Assembly: GCA_051362555.1 (NCBI GenBank)
Contig: CM120641.1
Location: 27,720,401-27,784,400 of the forward strand
Direction: 5' to 3'
From: Lingula anatina
Lineage: Eukaryota; Animalia; Brachiopoda
DNA length: 64,000 bases
The notes under the pieces are model-generated. The model was not told where the DNA came from. It did no database searches and saw nothing but the letters and a program-made list of their open reading frames with translations. The first letter of the stretch is position 1. Each line of letters starts with the position of its first letter. Positions 41,716-53,025 of the stretch are shown piece by piece. A program made the translations under genes and the position numbers.

Positions 41716-43423
41716 TAAAACACAGGATGAGGCTTTCACTTTGATTATGTTAATCTAAATGGGTTGTATAGGCTGTCTGAGGCCATCTTCATGCAACTCT
41801 AGATTATAATTTACTACATGCAACAATCCAAGCGTTCTAAAACCGAAATCGGTAGACCTGTAAACAAACAAATCAGCATAACATCTTGAAAAAGCGATGC
41901 AAGCGACAACACATTGAAGTCAAAATCTCACATCTGTTTTTGGGGTTTTGGATAGTGGACTTCATACAACTGAGGTTTTTGAAAACTTCTGAAGTGCAGA
42001 GCAAAAGAATTACCGCATTTTCTTTTTTTCTCTTCTTGCTTAAAATATTGTGCGTTATAATGATGCAATAGTTTGTAACCCTTAACAGATACCCCCGTAG
42101 TAAAAAAATCAACGCGACGGTTACCATCAACGTGAGGATTGTGTGAGGATTGTTTTCCTTCTTTGTTTGTTTCTTTGCATTATTTTTTGGGAAGCTATGG
42201 CGACCAATACTTTTTTAATTGTTTTCTTTTTTAAAGACTTATTTATTTTCATTACATCAATTTCTTTGTTTTCGAAAATCCTATCTTGTCTGAATTACAA
42301 ACAGCTTTGGCTTACTCGATTTTCCGATTTCTAAGTACCTTATAACTTACAATAGATTGTGTCAACAATGAAGTGGGCAACTGTGGCTAACTCGATTTTT
42401 GGACTTCTGAGTACCTTATAACTTACAATAATTTGTGTCAACAAAGAAGACCTCCTGTTTGAAAAACGCATGAAATTGTATTTAATTTAAATTCAAATGT
42501 CGTTTGTTTGTAATTCTAGTTCATATATGATTATAAAATTATATTGAACCGCCAGTTGCTGTTTGTCTTCCCTTGTTTCCGTCCTTTCAAAAGAACTAAA
42601 TGGATAAATTTTATTTCGCCTTCACCGCGAGTTCGAATAAATGAAAGACTTCTGAGAATACTACCCACATAGTGTCTGCTGCAATATTAAAAATAGAAAA
42701 CCAGTTGACTTCATCTAAGCTGCCATTAGCTCTTTACCTAGCTAAAATTAATATTTTAGCCATGCAATTTAGCTATAATAGAACAATACAAATTGTTTTA
42801 GTGTAAAAGCTTCCTACATTACTTCTTGTATTAAATCAATTCAATGCATTTCAGTTCCTGTAAATCATTCTGTTTAATTTTATCTTAATGTTTTCCTGTA
42901 TCATGGACAAAACACTATGTATAACAGAATAATGATTTTTCCTATAAATGAGATGGAAAACTCTCTTAATGCATGAACATTTTCCATGCTCATTAGCTAT
43001 AATAGTATAATACAAATTTTTTTCATTTAAGTGTTAAAGCTTTCTACATTACTTCTTGTATTAAATCAATTCAATGCATTTTAGATCCTTTAAATTATTC
43101 TGTTTAATTTATCTTAATTTTTTCGTGTATGATGGACAAAAAACTACAAGAGGATAATGATTTTTCCTATAAATGAGACGGAAAATTCTCTTCAATGCGT
43201 GAACATTTTCCGCTTTAATTTCTACATGTAGTTCGCGATGAGGTGAAATACTGATTTAGTAGACTTTTATCGACACCAGGCAATTCAATCTTTCACTGAT
43301 ACACATAAAATAGAAAGAGCGTGTTGTGTAAGCCGGGCTAGTTAGATCCCGAGGTAAGTTGGTCCCTCGTCAATCTATGAAAAGGTAACTACAGGTACAA
43401 AATAAAATAAAAATGATCACTTA

Positions 43424-43670
43424 GGGACCATTCCCACAGATATTTGGATCGATCTATCTCCCTGGGGACTCTCACTAAATTGCTATCAAACTAACTTGCT
43501 TAAACGTCTGTCACGCCTAGTAAAACTGTTAGGGGGTAAGTATCTTTACCCCTAGCTGATTCGGTAGGCGTGACAGACATTTAAGCCTCTTGAGCTGATA
43601 GCAATTTAGCGCGAACCCCTAGGGAGTTAGGTCGATCCAGATGGATCGATTTAAGTATGGGAACTCAGTT
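43424..43670. mobile_element. Palindromic MITE (39-kb family) nested inside the mini-Polinton
   Basis: TTA-GGGACCATTCCCACAGA...ATGGGAACTCAGT; approximately the reverse complement of 41490-41715. Confidence 0.85.
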
Positions 43671-43799
43671 ATAATCCTGTAAATTGACCGTATCCAACTA
43701 TGACAAAAAAACGTCGGTTGCAAACAAGCTTTACTTAAGCTGCGAGTACACATGAAATATTTCTGTGTTCAAAAGTAATTTTAAAACAGATTACAGCAA

Positions 43800-44084
43800 A
43801 AATATTTGTTCGCAGGCGTACTTCTTCTGTGGTTGTTTGACGGAAATCTATAAAAAGGTAGCTGTACGGTTTTGATGTGGCTTCTTTATTGATATCTATA
43901 AATTTCTTTAAATGTTGTAAAGATACCTGATGAGACGAGGCCCTGATCTGCGACTGGTCACGAGGAGGTTTCATAAGAACTAAATAATTGCGTGTTAAGC
44001 GAAATTGTTCTGGCATGATTTTCTTTGGGAAATAACGTGTGGGTAATGAGAATGATCGAAACGTTGTTATGATGAGAATTTCGT
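43800..44084 (-). pseudogene. C-terminal fragment of Polinton/adintovirus A32/FtsK-like DNA-packaging ATPase, frameshifted
   Basis: Reads SHHNNVSIILITHTLFPKENHARTISLNTQ, then a +1 base near 43987, then YLVLMKPPRDQSQIR...KEATSKPYSYLFIDFRQTTTEEVRLRTNIF. This matches the recalled family pattern SHHxNxSV..TQNLF...RTISLN..Y.VL.K.PRD..QI...AT..PY.YL.ID..Q.T....RLRTNIF. Confidence 0.85.
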
Positions 44085-45291
44085 AGGAAAATGAACGAGG
44101 AGTACCCTTAAGTATTCTACACAGGTTGCTGATGTTGACACTCTCTATTGTTAACCGTAGTAGCCCAAACAAACAAGAAACTAACCTCTCCGTTGTTGAC
44201 ACACTCTAAGTCATGTAAGTCATAGTTGCCCAATAAAACAAAAGAAATGCAGTCTTCATTGTTGACGCAAGCTATTGTAAGCTATAAGGTACTCAGAAAT
44301 CCGAAAACAGCGTTAGCCAAAGTTGCCTACTTCATTGTTGACACAATCTATTGTAAGTTATAAGGTACTCAGAAATAAAAAAAAATGAGCAAGCTTAAGT
44401 TGCCCACTTCATTGTTGACACAGTCTATTGTAAGTTATAAGGTACTCAGAAATAAAAAAAATTGAGTAAGCTAAAGTTGCCCACTTCATTGTTGACACAA
44501 TCTATTGTAAGCTTTAAGGTACTCAGAAATTCAAAAATTGAGTAAGTCATACTAGCCCAAATAAACAAAATTTACTTCTTTATATGCCTGGACGCCCGCG
44601 TGCGCGCTTTACTGTTTGTTGTGTAAAGCATTTAGACATACAGTAATATTAGATACGTTTCTGTACAAGGGCATTTGAGCAATCAAATACGGGCTGTGTC
44701 CAGTGCGTATCTTAGCTAAATTGAACCCGCTTATCGAATCATCCCAATAATGCACCGGAACAAACTTCAGTGCAAGTGCACTTTTACCTACATGTACATG
44801 TATAGGATGAGACGCAGGTGAAAATCAAAACAGACAAGATAGAATTTTCGAAAATAAAGAAAATGACGTAATAAAAATAAATAAGACTTTAAAAAGAAAA
44901 CAATTTCAAAAAGCATTGATGGCCATAGCTACCCCCCCCCCCCCCAAAAAAAAAAAAAAAAAATGATGCAAACAAACAAACAAACAATCCTCACACAATC
45001 CTCACATCTATGGTAACCGTCGCGTTGATTTCTTACTACTTACCCCCTTAACAGTGATTATAGGAGCTGAATTCATCGGATCGACAACTCACAAAAGGCT
45101 TTCTGGAAAAGTATACGTAATGGTAATGCATTCCTTTGATATTTTCAAAGACAATGGGGACAAACCTTTAATCGTCAAAGTCGTGCTTAAGGCCGGTGAT
45201 AGTAAAAGGACCAAAGTCATAGAAACAAAGCCCTGGGCTTATAAGTTTTTATAAAAAATTAAAACAAACTTCCCAAAAGGCCAATTAAAGA

Positions 45292-47311
45292 CGGGGATTA
45301 AGTACAGTGTCCAACGGATGACGCTCTGGCGCCAATTTGAGGGGAAAAATGCCGTTTTCGGTATTGGGATTTTCTCTATAACCAAGACAGCTATTCAAGT
45401 GATTCAAAAGGCCTCATAAAGCTGGGTGAAAGCACTTCAGCGCGGTACCAGGGAATTGTCTTTAACTATTTACTTTTGATTTTATCATCTTTTACGTTAA
45501 ATTACCCCATATTACAATGGCTTATTCACTTCAAAAGGCGATATCTTTCAAACAAACAATTTTCTCTTAAACCCCTGATATCATGCTGTAGTCCACATTC
45601 CTAACAACAATAGGTGCAACTTTTGTAACGATCGGTTGCTCAGATAGTGAGATATACTTGGCAGCGATTCACTTATCTTGTCAATATAGAAAGCTGTTAA
45701 AACAGCCAAAAACGTTCACAGGTTGGTTAACAGGGCTTATTAGTCAAATGCTTAGCTGGCAAATTTACCTGTTATCGGTTATACGATCAGCTGGAACCAT
45801 TGCTTATTGTCATCTAAATATATTTTGTTTGGGTGCTTTGAAGGGGCAGAAAATCGTGCTTTTGTTACATTTTCCGACCACTCGTTAGGCATGTAAGCGT
45901 GCCGCCATTTTGATTGACAGCTCTGGAGAGGGCCCTAGCCTTGTGATGCCCAGTAGGGTGTCAAGGATATGTAGAAGGAAGCGCTAACAAAGGCGATTAC
46001 GTTTAACCGCAATTAAGAGGTGTGAAGTTGCATTTGAACGTTTGAATGGCTCTTCCTCGGCAATCGAGTAATTTTACCTGAGAGATTCCTTCTTTGTTAT
46101 CGGCAAAGTGATCAGATAAAACTGTGTCGAGAGCAAGTGTCCGTCACTTGTGTTGATACGAGTTTTTTGACGGGTAACGCTGCAGGATTATTTTGCACGG
46201 CACTTGGTAGTCGTCAGATCAACGGAAAAATCCAGTGATTACTTCAGAGCGGTCTCGCTCAAAATGCCAGCTAAGATAAAGGGGAGACGCTCAGCTGCAC
46301 AAGATTCAGCGGTAAAAGTGGCTGAGAGAAGGCTTTTGAATAAATATTTTATTTTTACACACATGACACTTAGACCCTATTTGCTTTTTACCTGCTAGCC
46401 TTGACTATTCTCGGGGTCTTTTTGTGATTTTCATTTTTGGATACTTGAACTCTTTCTTCCCGCTTGATCAGTGATTTTGAAATTGTTTTTCTCCAAATAT
46501 CGCAAAATGCAAAGCCGCTAACATGCGTTTTTATTTTTATTGTTTTAATCATGCTGTCAACCTTTGCTTGGATTTCTCTTGTTTGGCCATTCAAATCACA
46601 ATTTTTCGCGTGTCTCTCAAGCTCCATGATATCATATCTTGGAGAATAAAATTTTATTTTGTCAACATTAGATTTACCTTTTGCAAACGGCGACCAACAA
46701 TCATTTCCGGTTTCGTAACGTGTCGCAGATACGCTCGACGATATATATCGCAAAAATTAAAGGCTAGGCTAAAAGTATCCTTTTTTAGCTTTTTTTATTT
46801 ATGTTTTTATCGATTTTTCTTTCATTTGTCAATTAATTTAGACGTTTCGATTAACTCTTTCACCCATTTATTAGGTATACAGAAATCAGTCATCCGACTG
46901 AACAAATAGGGCCGGTTTTCCCCAACCGCCACGCATAGGCCTTACTCTCAAAATTTTCCTTCTTTCCTCTGGAAAGGGACTTTTAACACGAACTTTTCTC
47001 TTCCCCATAGTGTACTAGCTAGACTTCTTCGCTGCTAAGCTGATGTAAGATTTATGACCTATTACCGCACACGTAATCGGCTTATAACTCATTAACTGTG
47101 CTCCGACCCCCTCATGGCAACGGCCCTTAGTAACAGAGGCGTGGCTTAGTTGTCAGCCTGACTGGGGCGCGTGCCGGTTGAAAAACTCATCAAAAGACGC
47201 ATTTTGCGATGCAAATTCATAAAAATTATTACTTCCAACGTTAGATACTTTTTTGATTAATATAAACACATAAAAAACTCAAAAACACGATTTTAAGCGT
47301 ATTTAACCCTA
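45292..47311 (-). mobile_element. Putative DNA-transposon-derived element with degenerate spliced coding remnants, class unassigned
   Basis: Weak inverted ends (CGGGGATTAAGTAC / GTATTTAACCCTA), CpG-rich interior, and minus-strand exon-like segments with GT donors at 46945, ~46391 and ~46076. No TSD found. Confidence 0.35.
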
Positions 47312-47686
47312 TCACCGACCTGTCAGATGCTGTAATAATGACATGAAAAGACGTAAATTGTAAGCTCGTAGACTAGACCGAAATGCCAAAGGATGAAAGG
47401 GGCAAAACATTCGATTCTGATAAGCTTTCAGAGCACTTGCCTTTATTCTAGAAATCCGATGTAATCGATATATCCAAAGACAGTCAAAGCTTAAAATGAA
47501 AGTACGAACTATTGTTTACTGAAAACTTTCGAACTGAAATACTGGTAAGGACGCCTGCCAAACATCTGGCTTGCGATAGCGATTTCGGGTCGTACTTAAT
47601 TGACGATATCTCGGTTAGTCAGCAATGAGTGATACAACCACTGATAATTACTACTTCTTTTTAACAATTAATGTTCCAGAGCCTTA

Positions 47687-47902
47687 GGGACCATTCCCAC
47701 AGATATTTGGATCGATCTATCTCCCTGAGGATTCTCACTAAGTTGCTGTCAACTTGACCGGCTTAAATGTCTGTCACGCTTAGTAAAGCTGTTAGGGTGT
47801 AATTATCTTTACACCTAGCTGATTCGGTAGACGTGACAGACATTTAAACCAGTTTGTTGACAGCAATTTAGGGAGACTCCCCGGGGAGTTGAGTCGATCC
47901 AG
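47687..47902. mobile_element. Palindromic MITE (39-kb family), one end truncated
   Basis: Closely similar to 43424-43640. Confidence 0.8.
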
Positions 47903-49635
47903 GTGATGTGCAATTAACCTGCTTGCATGTATTCTTCAGCAGCTGCCCTCTAAGCATTTTTCGCAGCGTACGATCCTGTGGCAATGATAATGATGCATAA
48001 GGCAACTTTACTTCATTCTTAATATCGATACTCACCATACCGCATCCAAGCGGAATGAATCCTCAAAGGCAACTGATTAATTGCTCCTTGCTCCAGTGGT
48101 TATAATTCACCAAATAATTGTCTTTAACATACCGATTTGACGTTTCCAACAAGATTGGCAAACGTACTTAAAACTTCTGTAAAATACAGAAAACGTCGGT
48201 AAATGACCATTTTGCTATTAGCAAAGCAGTTAAAACTTGTATTTTTTTAAAAACAAGTTGGTCATTCTTAATTGTTAAAAAAAATTTAGTCCGTAACATT
48301 AAAAAAAAACATTGAATTTTGACTATTTAGAAAGCGTAGCAATCGACTGACGTTTCAACAGATTTACATCAAGAATTGATTTCCACAACACATTCTTGCA
48401 TATGTATATATGCGTACATACATAAGCGCCTCCACTTCTAGCGTCACAATATTTTAGTTGTCCCATCCGTGGCGTAATATCAAATAAAAGAAGACGTAAA
48501 ACAAGAAATTTCAGTTTGTATGAATTTTATTTGAAATGCCACAATAGAATGTACAGTACAAGCTACAAATGAATTGCGATTATTGAATGACACTAATCAA
48601 CGAGTTTTAAAACATGGTCCCTAAAAACAAACAAAAAAGTAAATGGTCTACAGCTTAAGATATCTACAACATTACTTCGATGTATCAACAACAAAAATTT
48701 AAAATCTTGAATAATCATGGTGCAAAAATAGCACAGCAGGCAATTTTTTTTTATAATTGTACATGAAAAATAGATCGTAACAATATACATTTTACTATAT
48801 GTACTCGGTTTAAAAAGCATTATATTATGTCAAAAGTTTTCGGGTCTTACCCATGTTGCCTGGTAAGTAAGCAGACAAGAGACCCTATACTTATCTTCAT
48901 ATAATTAATTGTCTGCCTGCATAGGCAGATCAATCCAGGGACGGGGGACGATGTTGGGGGGGGGGAGCATCCCAAAACAAAATTTTGGACTTAACCCCTT
49001 GACCCTTTCGTTAAGAGAATAAAAGACAATCAATGTGGCCAAGCACCACAAATTGCTTCCAACATATTTCCAAAATTTTCCTGTGCAAAGGGGGGGGGGG
49101 GGGGGGGAGAGAGAGAAGGGGGTCTCCTTATCACATCTTGATATCCTGGATCCAGCAATGGCTTAGTGAACTGTTACACAGTTGATGTCTTCTCTATCCC
49201 TTTACATTATCAGCTTGAACCTACCATGTCAACACAATTCAAGGTTCTTAATATGTGCTCCAGCAACATCAGGATGCTGCGTTTTTTCCCTAAACCTATC
49301 TACATCATCCATGAATCATCTACCAGAGGTTCTATAATAAAACTAAAACAATCTATATAATGGCTTATGAGATTAGTTTTTCAAAATATCTTGGATGTAC
49401 AGCATAATTGGGGATAAGTAAGCATACTTATATAAATGGCAAGCAGATTTTGATGTGAACTCCTATTTGAATTTATTCTCAAAACTCCTAATTGTGACTA
49501 AAAAAATCTACAGAGGCATGGCAGTCATCGGTAGCTCTTATATAGTAAGGTAAGCATAAGGCCCGCATAAGTCTACTGGTGTTTAGGGTCTTCCATAGGG
49601 TTCAACAAGACTCACTTCATTTATTCAACCTAAAA

Positions 49636-49638
<3 letters not shown>

Positions 49639-49705
<67 letters not shown>
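49639..49705. repeat. (TA)n microsatellite
   Basis: Directly visible. Confidence 0.95.
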
Positions 49706-49709
<4 letters not shown>

Positions 49710-49989
49710 CACTACACATAGTTAAAATCTGCATGGATCACCAAATCAAATTCACAGACAAATAATCTCTAGCTTTCTACAAAACTTATCCAGTTGCCAG
49801 TTATGAGGGGTTTTTTCCCTCCTGTGGAGGTCAATGACCGATACTACAAAGCGCAAAAAATTGTCAAAATACATCTTTAATTATATAAGACATGAATACA
49901 GTTGATTTGTTGAGCAATAATAACATTTTCAAAAGCTAATTGTACTGTCTATCCATCATTTACGATGCTCTACACTACACAAGAGTTAA

Positions 49990-51380
49990 AGGTATACTGT
50001 GATGAAAAAACGGGTTAAAACTATCCGTTAGGTGCCCAAAAGTCATTTTTGAGTAATGAAAAAAAAGTTCTTACGTTTATTTAGTTTTTAAAGCCGATTT
50101 TATGCAGGTGTGAATGTAGTTTATGATACTCCCGCGTGGTGGCGCTTTAAGGCGAGTGACGTCACTAGCGTCAAGGCTCAGAAAGCCATATTCGATTCAG
50201 CTATCCGCTTGCTAGCAGTGCAAACTAAAAGCGATACACGCAATTGATCACTACATGATCATTTATAAATTCAAACTTTTGAAGATAGATACACAAAAGA
50301 AGATGAATTCCCCACGTGGTTATCATTTATTAACCAACAAAATACACCAAAACTATGTTAACAGTAAAGGTTTGGAAGCAGGGCAGCGAACACAGTTTTT
50401 CACACATTGCCCATCTGTCGCGTCGGCTGAACGTTCTTATCCCGACTGATAAGAGAAAGTTACCTAATACATGCTGGTGTGACAGCTAACATTATTTTTC
50501 ACACCCGTGCAGTTTACCAGTGTCATTCCGGGAGAGCCAGGTCAGTGGACAAAAGGCCAAAGGTATCGGACTGATAGCATCGGACACTACATTTCACACC
50601 TCTGCAACTTACCTCGCTACTTCTGCCTTACACGTGATCAGTGCAGCAGTATGTCGAGTAAAAATTTGATTCCACTATCATGTTAATATTAACGTTTTCA
50701 CTAACATAACCAAAAAATTCGACAACGTAATTCTGCTACGAACTATTTTTTGGGCTCTAGAAGCTGCTCTCTTCTTCCTTTCGACGGCCGCATCATGCAC
50801 ACATCCTACAGGTAAGACTCTCGTCGGCAGCGCTCTGGCATTTACTGTCGCATTTTGGTACTCCGAAAAATCGAATATACTGGGTACAGCATCATCTTTT
50901 AGTTTTCTCCGTGCTTTTCCACCGCACAATTCAGCTCGCAGGTCACGTACGAAGCATTCCGGCTCGAAGTGGTCGCTACAGATCCTCGCGTGTTTTGACA
51001 CTGTGCTGGGGTTTTTTAACTTCAGAGAATTGAGCCAAATTTTACGTTTAGCGGCATCCGCAGGCAGGATATAATAGCAGATGTCTTTCTTATTGTAACC
51101 TACATTACGGCACCCGGGAGCAACACAACTTTGTGGCATTTGTTTTTCTGACACCTGGATGTTTAGTCGCCTACTGCATAGTATATACTATTACTAGTAC
51201 AGCTGTGGGAAGCTAGTCCACGGGTTACGTCACTAGAAACTGACCAATCAGAATTTTCTCATCTAAATCTCATCTTTTCTCTCTAAAACTTAAAAAGAAC
51301 AATTTTTTGACGTGGATTTATAGTTTTTATACTGTAAAAAAAGCAGTGAACGCTATGTGTTCCTAGAGCGCAGTAGGCCT
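49990..51380. mobile_element. Non-autonomous Kolobok-type DNA transposon, 1391 bp
   Basis: TTAA on both flanks (49986-49989, 51381-51384); imperfect TIRs AGGTATACTGTG / AGGCCTACTGCG; THAP ORF inside. TTAA TSD, RR termini and THAP are established Kolobok traits. Confidence 0.8.
50678..51139 (-). CDS. THAP (C2CH zinc finger) domain ORF, N-terminus of a Kolobok transposase
   Basis: ATG at 51139: MPQSCVAPGC...YILP...RKIW...ARICSDHF...KLKDDAVPSIF has all THAP signature residues (C2CH, P, W, F, AVPSIF box). No DDE domain follows. Confidence 0.8.
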   Translation of the reverse strand: MPQSCVAPGCRNVGYNKKDICYYILPADAAKRKIWLNSLKLKNPSTVSKHARICSDHFEPECFVRDLRAELCGGKARRKLKDDAVPSIFDFSEYQNATVNARALPTRVLPVGCVHDAAVERKKRAASRAQKIVRSRITLSNFLVMLVKTLILT

Positions 51381-53025
51381 TTAAGGAAATACAAGCTAAT
51401 GATCTTGGGGCAAGGCAGGCTGAAGGCAACTTCACGAAACAATAAGATTACTGTATTAGGAAATAAGATCTAATTTAATCAAAACTGAGATTTCTTGATT
51501 CATGAAAATGCTTGTTGTGACAGACATGGTCTAATTGCTACACGCTAACTTGGTAACTTTCTGTCTTTTGCAACATAGAAAAAACCAGTTCCAGTAAACG
51601 TAATTCCATACCATAAATTGCTCAGACAAAAAGATGGATGAAACAAGAGAAACATGATCGAATTTCAAAATATTTACACTGCTGTAATCACTTTAGGATA
51701 GAAAGACAGTGTAGCATATTGTATCTAGCAATGATATGTAAAAGAGGGACTTAAACTTATGAAAAAAAGGTAAGACAAACCCTGGGTAAAGTATATGATA
51801 CAGATATAACATTGCTTACCTTCCTCTAAGTATAATTCTGATAATTTGAAGTTAAACATAGTAGGAATATGGCACAGAAGCATATATCTTTAGTAAGCAC
51901 CACTAGCTTATATAATAATTAAAGTCAATTCCAAGCTGTGATATCCATAGATGAAGCATTCAGCTTGGGAATCAATCACTCCCTCATTCACAAGGTCATG
52001 CACATGTTCATACTACCTGAACATGTTAGGCTAAAAAAATAGATTATAGTAAATTTAAAGAAAATATGCAAATAATCTCTGAAGCACTGGTGAACTTTTA
52101 TTACTCTCTATCAGTGGCACAGAGAGACGAGATTTTCGCTAGATATTTACAGATATTTCTCGGACTTATTCACCAGCCGTGCACATTTCTGTTCTGTTTT
52201 GCACAACATTTGCGTCTTCCCTCAAGTAACCTCTGGCAGAGAATAAACTGTCATATAATAATACTATAATAACACTTAAAATATTAATTCAATTGCAATG
52301 GGATCCAATGTCAAAAAAAATATATATATAATCCAAAATTACTGCTTGATGTCTACTAAGAAACCAGTGAGTTGAAAAAGTCAGTTTTTGTCACAATATA
52401 TAAAATCCAAATAACACAAATAAGAACATGCATATGGAAAAGCTGTGTAAGTCATCAATATTGTACACATCAAAAAATGCTATAAAATGAATTAACTTTT
52501 CACAACCAAATAGCCTATGCTCCACAAATAACCTGCTACTAGGCATGGTATAGCAAGCTATAGCATTAATGTACTTTTAATACGTTAAATCAGTCAATAG
52601 AACAAAATACACTGGGCATTTGTTTGCCTTGCGGTAAAATATTCTCGATGGTCCTGATACTGTTTATCCCATGGTAAGGTAAAGCATTTGTGCAAGACTA
52701 ATCTTGGCATGATAACTTACATAAGCGAAATAAAATTGAAATCAAACTAAATGAATAGCTGTGTATTCTTTTATATTTTCCAGTTTAATTTGTTTAAAAC
52801 AAAAAGCATAAAATGACTAAAATATCATATATCAAAAGTAGATTTGCTACAGTGCACCACCACATCTCAATTAAAAGTAATCAGTAATGAGTTACTTCGC
52901 ACCGAGGCATTTTTTTCCTTAATTCATTAAGAAATAAAACTAACGACTGAAAATATAGCATTTCAGTTACAAATAATCCAAAATATTAAAATTCAATATA
53001 TTAGCTCTTAAATCACTCCGTTCCA

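Larger units (their letters stand above)
42096..45040. mobile_element. Non-autonomous (internally deleted) Polinton/Maverick element, 2945 bp
   Basis: TIRs of ~200 bp (42096-42292 and 44831-45040) ending (C)GTAGT...ACTACT; identical 6-bp flanks TACCCC at 42090-42095 and 45041-45046; inverted ~76-bp subterminal repeats; internal packaging-ATPase relic. Confidence 0.85.

Noticed and set aside
44255-44560. Repeat-spacer-like ~76-bp periodicity
   Set aside because: The apparent spacers are homologous to each other; these are subterminal tandem repeats of the Polinton.
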